Below are positions 40,223 through 50,613 of a stretch of 64,000 bases of DNA, in pieces. Position 1 is the stretch's first letter. Every line of letters starts with the position of its first letter. The notes beneath the pieces are model-generated. The model had not been told where the DNA came from. It saw nothing but the letters and a program-made list of their open reading frames with translations, and ran no database searches. Location: assembly GCA_964409875.1 (NCBI GenBank), contig CAYPEN010000005.1, positions 11,569-75,568 of the forward strand, given 5' to 3'. The stretch comes from an uncultured Gammaproteobacteria bacterium. Its GTDB lineage: Bacteria > Patescibacteriota > Microgenomatia > Levybacterales > GWA1-39-11. The translations under genes and the position numbers were made by a program.

Positions 40223-40891
40223 TTGAATACGCAGGACGCACAGGATTGGTACGCCAACGGGATTTTAAGGACAAAGCAGGATATGGCAGCTCTGGATTTC
40301 CTCGCCCTCTTTGCGATGTGTGCCCCTCAGGTACACCCCACCACATTGCAAGCCCTGATCGACGCCGAAAGCTCGTATCGCATCTACGCGGTACATGTGA
40401 ATGGCGACGATGCCGCACAACCCCCGCAACCCACTAACAAATCCGAAGCAACCGCCTTACTGACCCAGCTCCTCGATGCCAACAAGAGTGTCGATGTCGG
40501 ACTCGGCCAAGTGAACTCTAAAAATTTTGCGGCGCTCGGCCTTACTCCTGAAAACGCCTTTGACCCATGTACGAATATCAATGCCGCTGCGCAGATCCTG
40601 ACCGACAACTATGTGTTGGCGCACAAGAAGCTGCCCAGCGATGAAGCCCTGAAAGCCGCGCTATCGGCCTACAACACCGGCAACCAAACCGCCGGAATTG
40701 CCAATGGCTACGTCCAGCGCGTTCAAAGCAAGGTCGGTTATACCGTGCCGGCCCTGCAGGCCAACGAACCATCCACAACCCTGCGTGACGAAAGCCCGGT
40801 TCGGCTGTCGAGGGCCAACGCCCCGACTGCTGAATGGAGCACCTTCGCCCGCACAGCGCCAAAAGCGTGGGATGTGTACAGCCGCAAGTGA
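40223..40891 (+). CDS. virB1: VirB1-like lytic transglycosylase
   Basis: SLT-domain motifs (AESSYRIYAV..., GLGQVNSKN..., DPCTNINAAAQIL). Start may be Met 40283. Confidence 0.7.
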   Translation: MNTQDAQDWYANGILRTKQDMAALDFLALFAMCAPQVHPTTLQALIDAESSYRIYAVHVNGDDAAQPPQPTNKSEATALLTQLLDANKSVDVGLGQVNSKNFAALGLTPENAFDPCTNINAAAQILTDNYVLAHKKLPSDEALKAALSAYNTGNQTAGIANGYVQRVQSKVGYTVPALQANEPSTTLRDESPVRLSRANAPTAEWSTFARTAPKAWDVYSRK

Positions 40892-41004
40892 GAAAGCAGG
40901 GAGGGGAGCGGGCGCTCGGCACGCCCGCCGCGGTAGACATTGAGGGAACCGTCACGCAGTGCGAAACTCGCGGGTTTGAACCCGACCCGAGTGACGAAAC
41001 TCCG

Positions 41005-41286
41005 ATGGACACCATCACCGAACCCCAGCTCATTCTCACTGCGAAAACGGGCGGCGTGGAATATCTGCGCGCCGTCGAGACGACGGGAGGCTTTGCCTTC
41101 CGCGTCAAACTAAAGGGATTTAAGGAGGAAAAGCCGGTTTACACGATGCGCAACGCCCCAAAGCACTGGGTCAGCCTTGACCGCTTAGCGAAACACATAC
41201 GGACGAACTACGGCGATCACCCGCCAATCCTCATAGTGGATATTAGGAGCATCACCCATGACACCGACTTATCGAGTGGGCCATAA
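41005..41286 (+). CDS. Small hypothetical protein preceding virB2
   Basis: ~93 aa from MDTITEPQ. Overlaps the virB2 start. Confidence 0.3.
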   Translation: MDTITEPQLILTAKTGGVEYLRAVETTGGFAFRVKLKGFKEEKPVYTMRNAPKHWVSLDRLAKHIRTNYGDHPPILIVDIRSITHDTDLSSGP

Positions 41287-41623
41287 AACCCAAAACAGAT
41301 TGTTTCACCTGCCTGCCAATGTCATCGCGCTCGGCAAAGCCATCCTCTCTCCCCGCATCGCAATCAACTTCGCCTACATCCTGCTCATGCTGCTCGGCCC
41401 GCAGTTCGCACACGCCGAACCGTGGGACGAAGGCGCTGACTCCATCGTTGAAGCCATCCGCAGCGTCATGCGACCGCTCGCCATCATTGCGATCATTGTT
41501 TTGGGCTGCCTGGCGTTCTTTGGCCAGCTCGCCATGAAAACGGCCGCAATGGCTGCGGTTGGTATTTTTATTACAGTCGGAGCGGATGCCATCTACGACT
41601 ATTTCAGCAGCGCCGTGGGCTGA
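41258..41623 (+). CDS. virB2: VirB2/TrbC-family pilin
   Basis: 121 aa. Long leader, two hydrophobic segments, and a C-terminus typical of T-pilin precursors. Confidence 0.65.
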   Translation: MTPTYRVGHKTQNRLFHLPANVIALGKAILSPRIAINFAYILLMLLGPQFAHAEPWDEGADSIVEAIRSVMRPLAIIAIIVLGCLAFFGQLAMKTAAMAAVGIFITVGADAIYDYFSSAVG

Positions 41624-41638
41624 CAGGGAAGCAACTCG

Positions 41639-41959
41639 ATGAGCGTTCAGACAGACATTCTTTTTCAGGGCGCGACACGCCCAACGATGATGTACGGCGT
41701 TCCTATGGACGCGCTAATCATTATCGTTGGCATCGTGATGATCCTTTTTATTGGAATCGGCAATCCGCTGTACATGCTGATTTACCCGCCGCTGCATTTG
41801 ATTGCGATGGCGATATGCGCAAGCGACGCGCGCGCATTTCGCCTGCTGTATTTCGCAATCATCACCAAGGGTGTCTGTTTGAATCGCCACTTTTGGGGGG
41901 CGAGTTCATACAGCCCCGCCAGTGTCAGGGAGAGAAGGAGAGGACATGCGCGCAACTAA
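41639..41959 (+). CDS. virB3: VirB3
   Basis: ~100 aa. LFQGATRPTMMYGVPMDALIIIVGI matches the VirB3 family. Overlaps the virB4 start. Confidence 0.65.
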   Translation: MSVQTDILFQGATRPTMMYGVPMDALIIIVGIVMILFIGIGNPLYMLIYPPLHLIAMAICASDARAFRLLYFAIITKGVCLNRHFWGASSYSPASVRERRRGHARN

Positions 41960-44387
41960 GGCAGCCCCGGATTCGACTACGATCTTATCCCGCGAGAAAG
42001 CCATCGAAAGTCGCATCCCGTATGCGGCACAACTCGACAAATGGACGGTCAGCACGCTCGGTGGCGATTTGATCCAGGTTTTAAAAGTCGAAGGTATCGC
42101 TCACGAAAGCGCAGACCCCGATGATCTGGATGCGTGGCACAACGGGCTGAATACCTTGTTGTGCAACATCGCCAGCCCGCAGCTGGCGATCTGGTCGCAC
42201 ATCATTCGGCGCGAGGAGCGCGAATACCCGAAGGGAACTCCGCTGGGCAATTTCGCGCGCGCGCTCAATGACAAATACCGGGCACATGTCACCAGCGGCC
42301 GCATGATGGTCAATGAGCTGTATATCTCACTGGTGTACCGACCGAACGCCGGCGTCGCCGGCAAAATCGGATCGCTGTTTCAAAAGAAAAGCACCGAAGG
42401 CATCCGCGAAGCGCAACTCGAAGCTCTTACCGCCCTGGGCGATATCACCGAGCGCGTGCGCCGCGGCCTGCATCGCTACCAGGCGCGCTGTCTTGCTACC
42501 TACGAGCACAACGGCATGTTGTATTCGGAAACCCAGGAGTTCCTGTCGTTTCTGGTCAATGGTGAAGCGCGGCCAGTGCCGGTGTGCCGCAGCCCTATCA
42601 ATGCGGTGCTGGGCGTAGTGCGGCCTTTTTTCAGCACCGAAGCCTTTGAGCTGCGCGGCCCCGCGCGCAGCCAGGTCGGCGCGATTCTCACGCTGAAAGA
42701 GTACATGCCGGAAACCGCGCCGGGCTTGTTCAACACCCTGCTGACCATTCCCTATGCGTTCATCCTGAGCCAGTCGTTTACGTTCATGTCGAAAGGGGTG
42801 GCGCAAGGCCTGCTCACGCGCACGATCGCCAAAATGGTGAATGCCGGCGATTTGGCTGAAAGCCAGATTGAGGATCTGCACCTGGCACTGGATGATCTGA
42901 TCAGCGGCCGTTTCGTCATGGGTGAGCATTATCTGGGATTAACGCTGCTCGCGCAGGACGTGAAGCAACTCAACAAGGCCGTCGCCGATTGTTATGACCT
43001 GCTGACGCCAAGCGGCGGCATCGCCGTGCGCGAAGACGCGGCGATGGAAGCGGCCTATTGGTCGATGCTGCCGGGCGTGTTCAGTTTGCGCCCGCGCCCT
43101 GCGCCGATCACGTCGCGCAATTTCTGCGGATTTTCACCGCTGCACAATTACCCGACCGGCCGGCGCAATGGCAACCAGTGGGGGCCGGCGGTCACGCTGC
43201 TAAAAACCACCAGCGGCTCGCCGTACTATTTCAATTTTCACCTGCCGCTCGACGGCCGCCGCAGCGCCGACCCCGACGACGCTACCCGCGACAGCTCGCA
43301 AAAGGTATTGGGCAACACGATGATCATCGGGCCGTCCGGCTCCGGTAAAACCGCGCTGCAGGCCTTCCTGATCGCGCAGGCCGAGAAATATCAGCCGACC
43401 ACGGTTTTCTTCGACAAAGACCGCGGCGCGGAAATTCTGATTCGCGCACTTAACGGTACATACCTGCCGCTGAAAAATGGCATTCCCACGGGCTTCAATC
43501 CATTTTCACTGCCACCGACCGAGCAGAATCTTTTGTTCGTTGCTGGCTTGATCAAGAAGCTGGCGCTGCTATCGAATCCGGGCAAGCCACTGACCGTGCG
43601 CGAAGCGGCCGAAGTGGAATCCGCCGTCAAAGGCGTTTACGGCTTACCGGAACATATGCGCCGTATCGGTCAGCTGCAAAGTTTTCTCGACGGCACCGAC
43701 CCGGAAGGGCTCGGCGCGCGCTTGAAGAAATGGACACGCGGCCATGCACTCGGCTGGGTATTCGACAACGACACCGACGACCTCGATTTTACGCAAGGCC
43801 GCATTTTCGGTTTCGATCTGACCGACTTTCTCGACAACCCCGAAACGCGAACGCCGATCGTTATGTATGTGTTCTATCGGATGGAGCAGCTGATCGATGG
43901 CCGTCGCTTCTGCTGTTACATCGATGAATTCTGGAAAGCACTGTCGGACGAAGCGTTCGAGGATTTCGCGCAGAACAAAAACAAAACGATTCGCAAGCAA
44001 AATGGCTTGATGGTGTATGGATCACAAAGCCCCCAGGACGCACTTAGCTCGCCCATTTCGCACACATTGCTGGAGCAGTGCGCGACGTTGATCCTGATGC
44101 CGAATCCGAAAGCGCGCGAAAGCGACTACATCGAAGGACTGCATCTGTCGCAGGCTGAATTCGAGCTGATCAAGGAAGGCATGGGCGAAGGCTCGCGCCG
44201 CTTCCTGGTCAAGCAGGGCCAGCAATCCGTTGTGTGCGAGCTGGATTTGAAGGGTTTCGACAAGGAGCTCGCCGTGCTGTCCGGCACTACCGACAAAGTG
44301 GAGCTTCTTTCTCGGATCATCGCCGAGGTTGGCGATGACCCGGATGTATGGCTGCCGATCTTTCACGATCGGAACAACGCGGCGTAA
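41922..44387 (+). CDS. virB4: VirB4 ATPase
   Basis: 821 aa. Walker [10 protein letters not shown] and the Walker B / CagE-TrbE-VirB4 pattern. Confidence 0.9.
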   Translation: MSGREGEDMRATKAAPDSTTILSREKAIESRIPYAAQLDKWTVSTLGGDLIQVLKVEGIAHESADPDDLDAWHNGLNTLLCNIASPQLAIWSHIIRREEREYPKGTPLGNFARALNDKYRAHVTSGRMMVNELYISLVYRPNAGVAGKIGSLFQKKSTEGIREAQLEALTALGDITERVRRGLHRYQARCLATYEHNGMLYSETQEFLSFLVNGEARPVPVCRSPINAVLGVVRPFFSTEAFELRGPARSQVGAILTLKEYMPETAPGLFNTLLTIPYAFILSQSFTFMSKGVAQGLLTRTIAKMVNAGDLAESQIEDLHLALDDLISGRFVMGEHYLGLTLLAQDVKQLNKAVADCYDLLTPSGGIAVREDAAMEAAYWSMLPGVFSLRPRPAPITSRNFCGFSPLHNYPTGRRNGNQWGPAVTLLKTTSGSPYYFNFHLPLDGRRSADPDDATRDSSQKVLGNTMIIGPSGSGKTALQAFLIAQAEKYQPTTVFFDKDRGAEILIRALNGTYLPLKNGIPTGFNPFSLPPTEQNLLFVAGLIKKLALLSNPGKPLTVREAAEVESAVKGVYGLPEHMRRIGQLQSFLDGTDPEGLGARLKKWTRGHALGWVFDNDTDDLDFTQGRIFGFDLTDFLDNPETRTPIVMYVFYRMEQLIDGRRFCCYIDEFWKALSDEAFEDFAQNKNKTIRKQNGLMVYGSQSPQDALSSPISHTLLEQCATLILMPNPKARESDYIEGLHLSQAEFELIKEGMGEGSRRFLVKQGQQSVVCELDLKGFDKELAVLSGTTDKVELLSRIIAEVGDDPDVWLPIFHDRNNAA

Positions 44388-44411
44388 GCCGCAATTCATA
44401 GGGGACATGAG

Positions 44412-45128
44412 ATGAAAACAACCCGCAAGAAAAACATCTGCGCAGCCGCAGTGGCTGCAACGTTCTTCAGCGTCGCAATGCCACTGCATCACGCCTTTGC
44501 CTCCGGCATCCCCGTACTCGACGTGGCGGGCCTGGTGCAGGCAGTTCAGCAGGTCCAAACCGCCTATGAGCAGCTGACCCAGCTGCAGAACCAACTCAAA
44601 CAAGCAGAGCGAACCTATGAATCGATGACCGGTGCGCGCGGCATGACCGAGCTGCTGAACAATCCCGCAGCGCGGAAGTTCTTGCCGGAAGATATGCAAG
44701 CCATTCTCGAAGCGACCAGCGAGCTGACCGACAAGTACAAGGCGGCAGGGCGGTTACTGAAGAACAATGCCTGGCAAGACGCCGCAATGGAAGCCGCCAA
44801 ACATCTGAGCGATCAGGAAAGCTCCGCCGCCACCGATTTAGCGAACTCTGAAACGACGTACAACCGCGCCGGCGAACGCATTGAGGAGTATCAGGATTTC
44901 GTCGATCAGATCGACGAGAGCACTGATCCGAAAGCCATCCAAGACCTGCAAGCACGCATCCAGTCCGAGCAGGTCTTTCTGCAAAACGAAACCGTGCGCC
45001 TGCAATCAATGCAGCTCGCGCAGCAGGCGAAGCGAGATATGCAGGCAGTTCGTAGCCGCGAACGCCGAATCAATATGACGGGATCACACACAACTGACTA
45101 TTCCGATGTATTCAGCGTGGATGACTAG
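44412..45128 (+). CDS. virB5: VirB5 minor pilus subunit
   Basis: 238 aa with a signal peptide, helical. IPVLDVAGLVQAVQQVQTAYEQLTQLQNQL is typical of VirB5/TraC. Confidence 0.7.
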   Translation: MKTTRKKNICAAAVAATFFSVAMPLHHAFASGIPVLDVAGLVQAVQQVQTAYEQLTQLQNQLKQAERTYESMTGARGMTELLNNPAARKFLPEDMQAILEATSELTDKYKAAGRLLKNNAWQDAAMEAAKHLSDQESSAATDLANSETTYNRAGERIEEYQDFVDQIDESTDPKAIQDLQARIQSEQVFLQNETVRLQSMQLAQQAKRDMQAVRSRERRINMTGSHTTDYSDVFSVDD

Positions 45129-45188
45129 CGACTGCGGCCATTCAGGGCTGTCGTCATTGACGACCAGCATTTTAAGGAGTTTCAGAAT

Positions 45189-45446
45189 ATGAAAATGAAA
45201 TCTGCACTACTAACAATGGGCGTCGCTATTTTGATCGGAGGATGTACCAAATCGGAAGAAACACACGACGTGGCGTATTACCAAAACAATCCCGATGCTT
45301 TGAAAGAAAAGTGGGATCAGTGCACCAATAATCCTGGTGATCTGGAGAAATCAGCAAACTGCATAAATGCAGCGACAGCCAGGCGCGTAAATACAACGCA
45401 AGGACGCACCACAGACTACTCCGATGCGTTCAAAGGTAAGCCATAA
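45189..45446 (+). CDS. Small lipoprotein between virB5 and virB6 (entry-exclusion Eex-like)
   Basis: 85 aa. Lipobox LIGGC. The position between virB5 and virB6 is where Eex-like lipoproteins sit in VirB-type clusters. Confidence 0.4.
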   Translation: MKMKSALLTMGVAILIGGCTKSEETHDVAYYQNNPDALKEKWDQCTNNPGDLEKSANCINAATARRVNTTQGRTTDYSDAFKGKP

Positions 45447-45458
45447 CTGGGGATCAAT

Positions 45459-46553
45459 ATGGCCGCACTCACTGCAGAAGAATACCCAATCGTAACCAAT
45501 TTTTTTAACTTCCTGCATAGCTCCATTGAGGGCTATGTCACGGATACGTCAGCGAGCATTGTCGCAGCAATTACGCCTGTTGCATCCGTTTGCGGAATTA
45601 TTGTGATCATGGTTTACGGCATCCTGCTAATGCGCGGTTCTGTCGAGGCTCCGCTCATGGACGCCATATATAGAGGACTAAAATTAATCGTCATTTTAGG
45701 CTTTGCCCTCAATGTCGGAATTTACCAAACATATATCGCTGACTTCTTTTTAAACGCACCATCACATATGGCAGCTGTGATAAGCGGAATTCCCACAGAC
45801 ACTGATATAGGGCAGGAAAACGCTGCACCGATAACAGAGTTTTTGGTGGCGTCTTTTAACCTCGCAGATCGTCTCTGGGCCGAGGCGGATACTTTCGATT
45901 TCGGCAATTACATTATGGGCGGAATCGTTTATGTTCTTGGAACAATTCTAGGCGCTTACGCTGCATTCCTATTCGCGTTGAGTAGCATCGCGGTCGCAGT
46001 TCTATTGGCGGTAGGCCCGATATTCATATTGTTGTCGGTATTCGAGTCGGGGAAGAAATTTCTAGAAATGTGGCTTCAACAAGCCTTTAACTTTGGGTTC
46101 GTCGCTGTGCTAACCGCCGCCTGCCTACGGTTCTTTCTGTCAAATGTCGAATTCATTGCATCCAAAGCAATCGAGAAAGAATCTCCTATCGAAACGTTTG
46201 ATGTAACCACATTTAGCGTGATTTCGTTAATTGGTGTACTGGTACTTCGTCAAGTTATGCCTATTGCTTCCGGACTGGCTGGCGGCATGGCGCTGGCAAC
46301 GCAGGGAGCCTTTGGTGCCGCCGCTGGTGCTATGGGCAGAGCGTTGGGCGCCACTGCCAAACGCTATACCCCGAACAATGTCGCCGAGAGATATAGACGG
46401 AATCAGCGCAACTCAGCAACGTGGCGAAAAATTCGCGGTGAGTGGGGCGACCGCGCTGCAAGCGTAAAAGGTGCGGCACAGAAAGCCACATCTGCAGCAT
46501 CAAACGCATACAAACGTAAATTTGAACCAAACAGAGTTTCCAAAGCAGCGTAG
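45459..46553 (+). CDS. virB6: VirB6/TrbL polytopic inner-membrane protein
   Basis: 364 aa, 5-6 TM helices, Gly/Ala-rich C-terminal tail. Confidence 0.7.
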   Translation: MAALTAEEYPIVTNFFNFLHSSIEGYVTDTSASIVAAITPVASVCGIIVIMVYGILLMRGSVEAPLMDAIYRGLKLIVILGFALNVGIYQTYIADFFLNAPSHMAAVISGIPTDTDIGQENAAPITEFLVASFNLADRLWAEADTFDFGNYIMGGIVYVLGTILGAYAAFLFALSSIAVAVLLAVGPIFILLSVFESGKKFLEMWLQQAFNFGFVAVLTAACLRFFLSNVEFIASKAIEKESPIETFDVTTFSVISLIGVLVLRQVMPIASGLAGGMALATQGAFGAAAGAMGRALGATAKRYTPNNVAERYRRNQRNSATWRKIRGEWGDRAASVKGAAQKATSAASNAYKRKFEPNRVSKAA

Positions 46554-46640
46554 CTAAAAACAGGCATTTGGTGCCGCGGTTGGTTGCGCCCTAAATTTTA
46601 CAAAAGAATACATATTGTTTCGACAAAGGAGGTAATTCTG

Positions 46641-46781
46641 ATGGGAAGGATACTAATCGTTTCACTGCTCGCGGCGCTGTGTGTTGGTTGCGCAGCGCCG
46701 CAACCTGCGACCTGTGATGGCAGCAATCTGCGCCCGATCAATCAACCGCTCGATAAGCCTGCTGAGGAGTCCGCGCAATGA
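46641..46781 (+). CDS. virB7: VirB7 lipoprotein
   Basis: ~46 aa. RBS aggagg then ATG, lipobox LCVGC. Overlaps the virB8 start. Confidence 0.55.
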   Translation: MGRILIVSLLAALCVGCAAPQPATCDGSNLRPINQPLDKPAEESAQ

Positions 46782-47482
46782 ATGCAAAGACCGAATCAAA
46801 TTCGTTCTCGAAACTGGAACAGCAGTTTTTCGAAGAAGGCCGCACCTGGGAAACGGATCGCTTAAGGGATGCCATCAGCAGTCGTCGGACCGCATGGATT
46901 GTCGCATCCGCCGCATGCGTAATTGCTGGCCTGTCAGTCATCGCGGTCGTAGGTCTTACACCACTCAAAAAGGTCGAACCTTTTGTCGTGCGCGTGGATA
47001 ACGCAACGGGCGGTGTTGATATCGTGAGCACACTCAAAGACGGCAAAGAGACCTACACCGAAGCAGTCACCAAACACTTCCTGCTGCGGTACGTTTTGGC
47101 GCGCGAGTCGTACAGCCGCCAGGCGGCCAGCTCCAATTACGAATCGGTCGGGCTGATGTCAACGCCGGCCGTCGCAAAGCGCTACTTCGAACAATTCAAT
47201 CCCGAAAATCCGCAAAGTCCGCTGGTTGTCTACGGCAAGTCCACCACAGCTGAACTGAAGATCAAGAGCATCGCCTTCGTCGGGCCGACAATTGCCAATG
47301 TGCGTTATTCGCGGCTCATTTATCGCGTGACCGGGCAAGCCCCGGAAACCACGCAATGGGTCGCAACGATCGGCTTCAAATATTCCTCATCCTCAATGCG
47401 CGAGCGTGATCGGTTGTTGAACCCGTTGGGCTTTCAGGTCACGGAGTACCGCACCGATCCCGACAGCCTGGAGGCCAAGTAA
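46778..47482 (+). CDS. virB8: VirB8
   Basis: 234 aa. Single N-terminal TM helix, NTF2-like C-terminus, and the VirB8 motif pattern (YVLARESY). Confidence 0.8.
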   Translation: MNAKTESNSFSKLEQQFFEEGRTWETDRLRDAISSRRTAWIVASAACVIAGLSVIAVVGLTPLKKVEPFVVRVDNATGGVDIVSTLKDGKETYTEAVTKHFLLRYVLARESYSRQAASSNYESVGLMSTPAVAKRYFEQFNPENPQSPLVVYGKSTTAELKIKSIAFVGPTIANVRYSRLIYRVTGQAPETTQWVATIGFKYSSSSMRERDRLLNPLGFQVTEYRTDPDSLEAK

Positions 47483-48289
47483 ATGAGCCGCACGCTGTTT
47501 GCATTGTTGGTTGGAATCCTGTCGCCATTGCCGGCGCTGGCCCTCGCGCAACCGGAAGCCGGCCCCAAGGACTACCGCGTCAAATACGTCGATTACAACG
47601 CCGATGAAGTGTTTCGGATCAAGGCGTTTTATCAGCGCAATTTGCGTATTGAGTTGGCACCCGGCGAGGTCGTCAAGGACATTGGTATTGGCGATCCGCT
47701 GGCCTGGGATCATGTGCCGTCCGACAACAACATCTTTATCAAGCCGAAGCGCGAAGACGCCACCACAAATATGTCGGTGGTCACGAACCGACATACCTAC
47801 GAATTTGAATTGCATGCGTCAAAGCCGCCCGAAAAAGGCCAGTACGTGGATCTGACGTATGCAATCAAATTTCGCTACCCGGCCGAACAGCAAGCATTGG
47901 CCCTCGCTCAATCCAAGCGCGAAACGGCGGAAGACATGCTGAATATGTCGCCGGAGAAGAATCCCGAGGCCAACTGGAACTATTGGGTACAAGGCTCCGA
48001 AAGCATCAGCCCCGATAAGGCATTTGACGACAAAACGTTTACTTACCTCACGTTCACGCACAACAAGACGATGCCGGCAATTTATGCAGTAGACGAAGCC
48101 GGCTCGGAAGTGTTGGTGAACACGCACGTCGAGGGCGATGTAATCGTCGTTCATACCGTCGCAACCAAGCTGGTGCTTCGCAAAGGCGAACTAGCCGCCT
48201 GCGTATTCAACAAAAGTTACGACTCAAAGGGCGTGAGCAACACCAGCGGCACGATCTCCCCATCAGTCAAGCGCATGATTCGTAAGTGA
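47483..48289 (+). CDS. virB9: VirB9
   Basis: 268 aa, signal peptide. VirB9/CagX/TrbG-family beta-rich protein. Confidence 0.8.
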   Translation: MSRTLFALLVGILSPLPALALAQPEAGPKDYRVKYVDYNADEVFRIKAFYQRNLRIELAPGEVVKDIGIGDPLAWDHVPSDNNIFIKPKREDATTNMSVVTNRHTYEFELHASKPPEKGQYVDLTYAIKFRYPAEQQALALAQSKRETAEDMLNMSPEKNPEANWNYWVQGSESISPDKAFDDKTFTYLTFTHNKTMPAIYAVDEAGSEVLVNTHVEGDVIVVHTVATKLVLRKGELAACVFNKSYDSKGVSNTSGTISPSVKRMIRK

Positions 48290-48296
48290 GGGAAAA

Positions 48297-49556
48297 ATGA
48301 GAACGGATGGAAACCACGATAGCCAGGAATCGGAAATTGACGGCGTAGGAGAAGCACTCGCCGGAGAGCGCACAATTCCGAGTGTCAGCGCGCGCAAGCG
48401 CCCACCCTTTGCCGCGATCGGCGCGGCAACGGTGTTCATCGTTGTTGCAGTGACCATGTTCGTTTACGCCAACAAAGGCGATCCGAAGCAAAAGGCTCAA
48501 GACAAAGCCGTAGCAGCGGCCGAGGAGCGGGATAAGAACAAAAAACTGTCCCAGCATTTGCCAGGCATCGACTTCAAGGCCATTGCAGCAGCAGACGCGG
48601 CGGAACGGCCGGAATCTGTTGTTGCACAATCTGGCGATACATTGCCTGCGACCGCCGACGGCAAGCCGGCGCTCCCAGGCGCGGCGTCGGCCGGCAACGC
48701 TGCATCCAAGGCAAGCGATCGCGACGCCGAACGCCTGGCGCGTGAAGCGGAGAAAGCGCAGCGGGAGGCCGACGAACTGGCAAGAAAGCGGCTCGAAGCC
48801 TCGCCACTGGCGTATTCGCAGAAGGGGAAAGCCTCGGCCGAGGATAAGGCGCTCGCGATGGCGCGCTCACTGAGCGGCGGCACCGGCGGCGTATCGGATG
48901 AATCCGACGATGCGGGTGATGGACTGTCCGTGAAGCTGAAACCCACCAAAGTACAGGGCGCGCGCGCTGGCCTTTTGCCGCACCCGAACTTCATGCTGAC
49001 CAAGGGCCATTTCCTTGAATGCACATTGGAACAGGCCATCAATTCAACGCTCGCCGGCCTGCTGAGTTGCCGCCTGGCGAACGATATCTATTCGACCAAT
49101 GGCAAAGTCTTGCTGATAGAGCGGGGTTCACGCATCACAGGCGAATATCAGCGTGGCCTGATGAAAGGCCAGGCGCGCCTATTCGTGCTCTGGACTCGAA
49201 TTGAAACGCCGCTCGGTGTTGTGGTCGATCTGGATTCGCCGGGTACTGACGCGCTCGGCCGCTCCGGCATCGATGGGTATGTGGACCAGCATTTTGCGCA
49301 ACGCTTTGGCGCGGCAATCTTGTTGAGTCTGATCGATGACGTGGGGCAGTACGCCATCGCGGAAGCTCAAGACGGCAATGCCAACCAGATCAATCTCGGC
49401 GGTACTGCACAAGCGGCGGATGATATGTCCACCATCGCCATGAAGTATTACATCGACATACCACCGACGCTGGAGAAGAACCAGGGCGGGCATGTGTCCA
49501 TTTACGTCGCCCGAGACTTGGATTTTGCCGATGTGTACACGCTTGCACATGAGTGA
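48297..49556 (+). CDS. virB10: VirB10
   Basis: 419 aa. N-terminal TM, Pro/Ala-rich linker, and conserved C-terminal beta-barrel domain (...GTDALGRSGIDGYVD...). Confidence 0.85.
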   Translation: MRTDGNHDSQESEIDGVGEALAGERTIPSVSARKRPPFAAIGAATVFIVVAVTMFVYANKGDPKQKAQDKAVAAAEERDKNKKLSQHLPGIDFKAIAAADAAERPESVVAQSGDTLPATADGKPALPGAASAGNAASKASDRDAERLAREAEKAQREADELARKRLEASPLAYSQKGKASAEDKALAMARSLSGGTGGVSDESDDAGDGLSVKLKPTKVQGARAGLLPHPNFMLTKGHFLECTLEQAINSTLAGLLSCRLANDIYSTNGKVLLIERGSRITGEYQRGLMKGQARLFVLWTRIETPLGVVVDLDSPGTDALGRSGIDGYVDQHFAQRFGAAILLSLIDDVGQYAIAEAQDGNANQINLGGTAQAADDMSTIAMKYYIDIPPTLEKNQGGHVSIYVARDLDFADVYTLAHE

Positions 49557-50613
49557 GGTCAAGGTGGTGACGAACATAGCCGACGCGCAGCACAACAGCG
49601 GCAAAAACGATGCGTCCGCGCTGTTGGAATACCTGGGGCCACTCAAGCCATTTTTCGACGATCCGGCCGTAACCGAGATTTGCGTCAACCGGCCGGGGGA
49701 GGTGTACACCGAATCCCGCGCCGGCTGGCGTCGCTATGATTGCCCCGACGTGACATTTTTTCTGTGCAAACAGCTGGCGCAGCTGACGGCGACATTCAGT
49801 AATCAAAAAATCAATGACGAAAATAACCTGCTCAGTGCGCAACTGCCGCTCGGCGAGCGGGTGCAGTTCGTCGTGCCGTCGGCATGCGAGCCCGGCACGG
49901 TATCGATGACCATTCGCAAACCGTCAAAGCTGGTCAAAACGCTTGAAGAGCTGGAAACAGACGGCGTTTTTGCCGCTGTCCGCGATATCTATTCGAACGA
50001 TTTCTTGCCAGAAGAAAAAGAATTGCTCGCGCTCAAGGAAGCCGGCCGTTACCGCGAATTCATTCAGCTCGCGGTTCAAAGCAAAAAAAACATTGTCATC
50101 AGCGGGGCGACCGGAGCGGGGAAAACCACGCTGATGCGCGCAATGGTCGGCTGCATTCCAGCGCAGGAGCGCTTGGTGACCATCGAAGACGTTCACGAAC
50201 TACCGCTGCCGGGCCATCCGAATCATGTCCACCTTTTTTATTCCAAAGACGGGCAGGGGCTGTCGAAGGCGTCGCCCAAACAATTGCTGGAAAGCTGCCT
50301 GCGCATGAAACCCGACCGGATATTGCTCGCGGAGCTGCGCAGCGATGAAGCCTTTTACTACTTGCGCAACGTGAATAGCGGCCACCCAGGCAGTATCACC
50401 AGCATTCACGCCAACAGCGCAAAACTCGCCATCGAGCAACTGGGATTGCTCGTCAAGGAGTCGGCCGGCGGCTCCAACCTGAGCCGGGACGACATTAAAT
50501 CGCTGCTCTACATGCTGGTCGACGTGGTGGTGCAATTCAAGAATATAGCGGGGCGGCGAGTCATGACGGAGGTCTTCTATGATCCAGCACTTAAAAGAAA
50601 GCACATGGATTAA
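49549..50613 (+). CDS. virB11: VirB11 ATPase
   Basis: Walker A ISGATGAGKTT and the His-box of the VirB11/PulE family. Start placed at MSEVKVV. Confidence 0.85.
   Translation: MSEVKVVTNIADAQHNSGKNDASALLEYLGPLKPFFDDPAVTEICVNRPGEVYTESRAGWRRYDCPDVTFFLCKQLAQLTATFSNQKINDENNLLSAQLPLGERVQFVVPSACEPGTVSMTIRKPSKLVKTLEELETDGVFAAVRDIYSNDFLPEEKELLALKEAGRYREFIQLAVQSKKNIVISGATGAGKTTLMRAMVGCIPAQERLVTIEDVHELPLPGHPNHVHLFYSKDGQGLSKASPKQLLESCLRMKPDRILLAELRSDEAFYYLRNVNSGHPGSITSIHANSAKLAIEQLGLLVKESAGGSNLSRDDIKSLLYMLVDVVVQFKNIAGRRVMTEVFYDPALKRKHMD

Noticed and set aside
48497-49042. 181-aa minus-strand ORF and the overlapping 96-98-aa ORFs inside virB10
   Set aside because: They are antisense to the Pro/Ala-rich linker region of VirB10. 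Their composition reflects the GC-rich repeat-like linker, not a gene.
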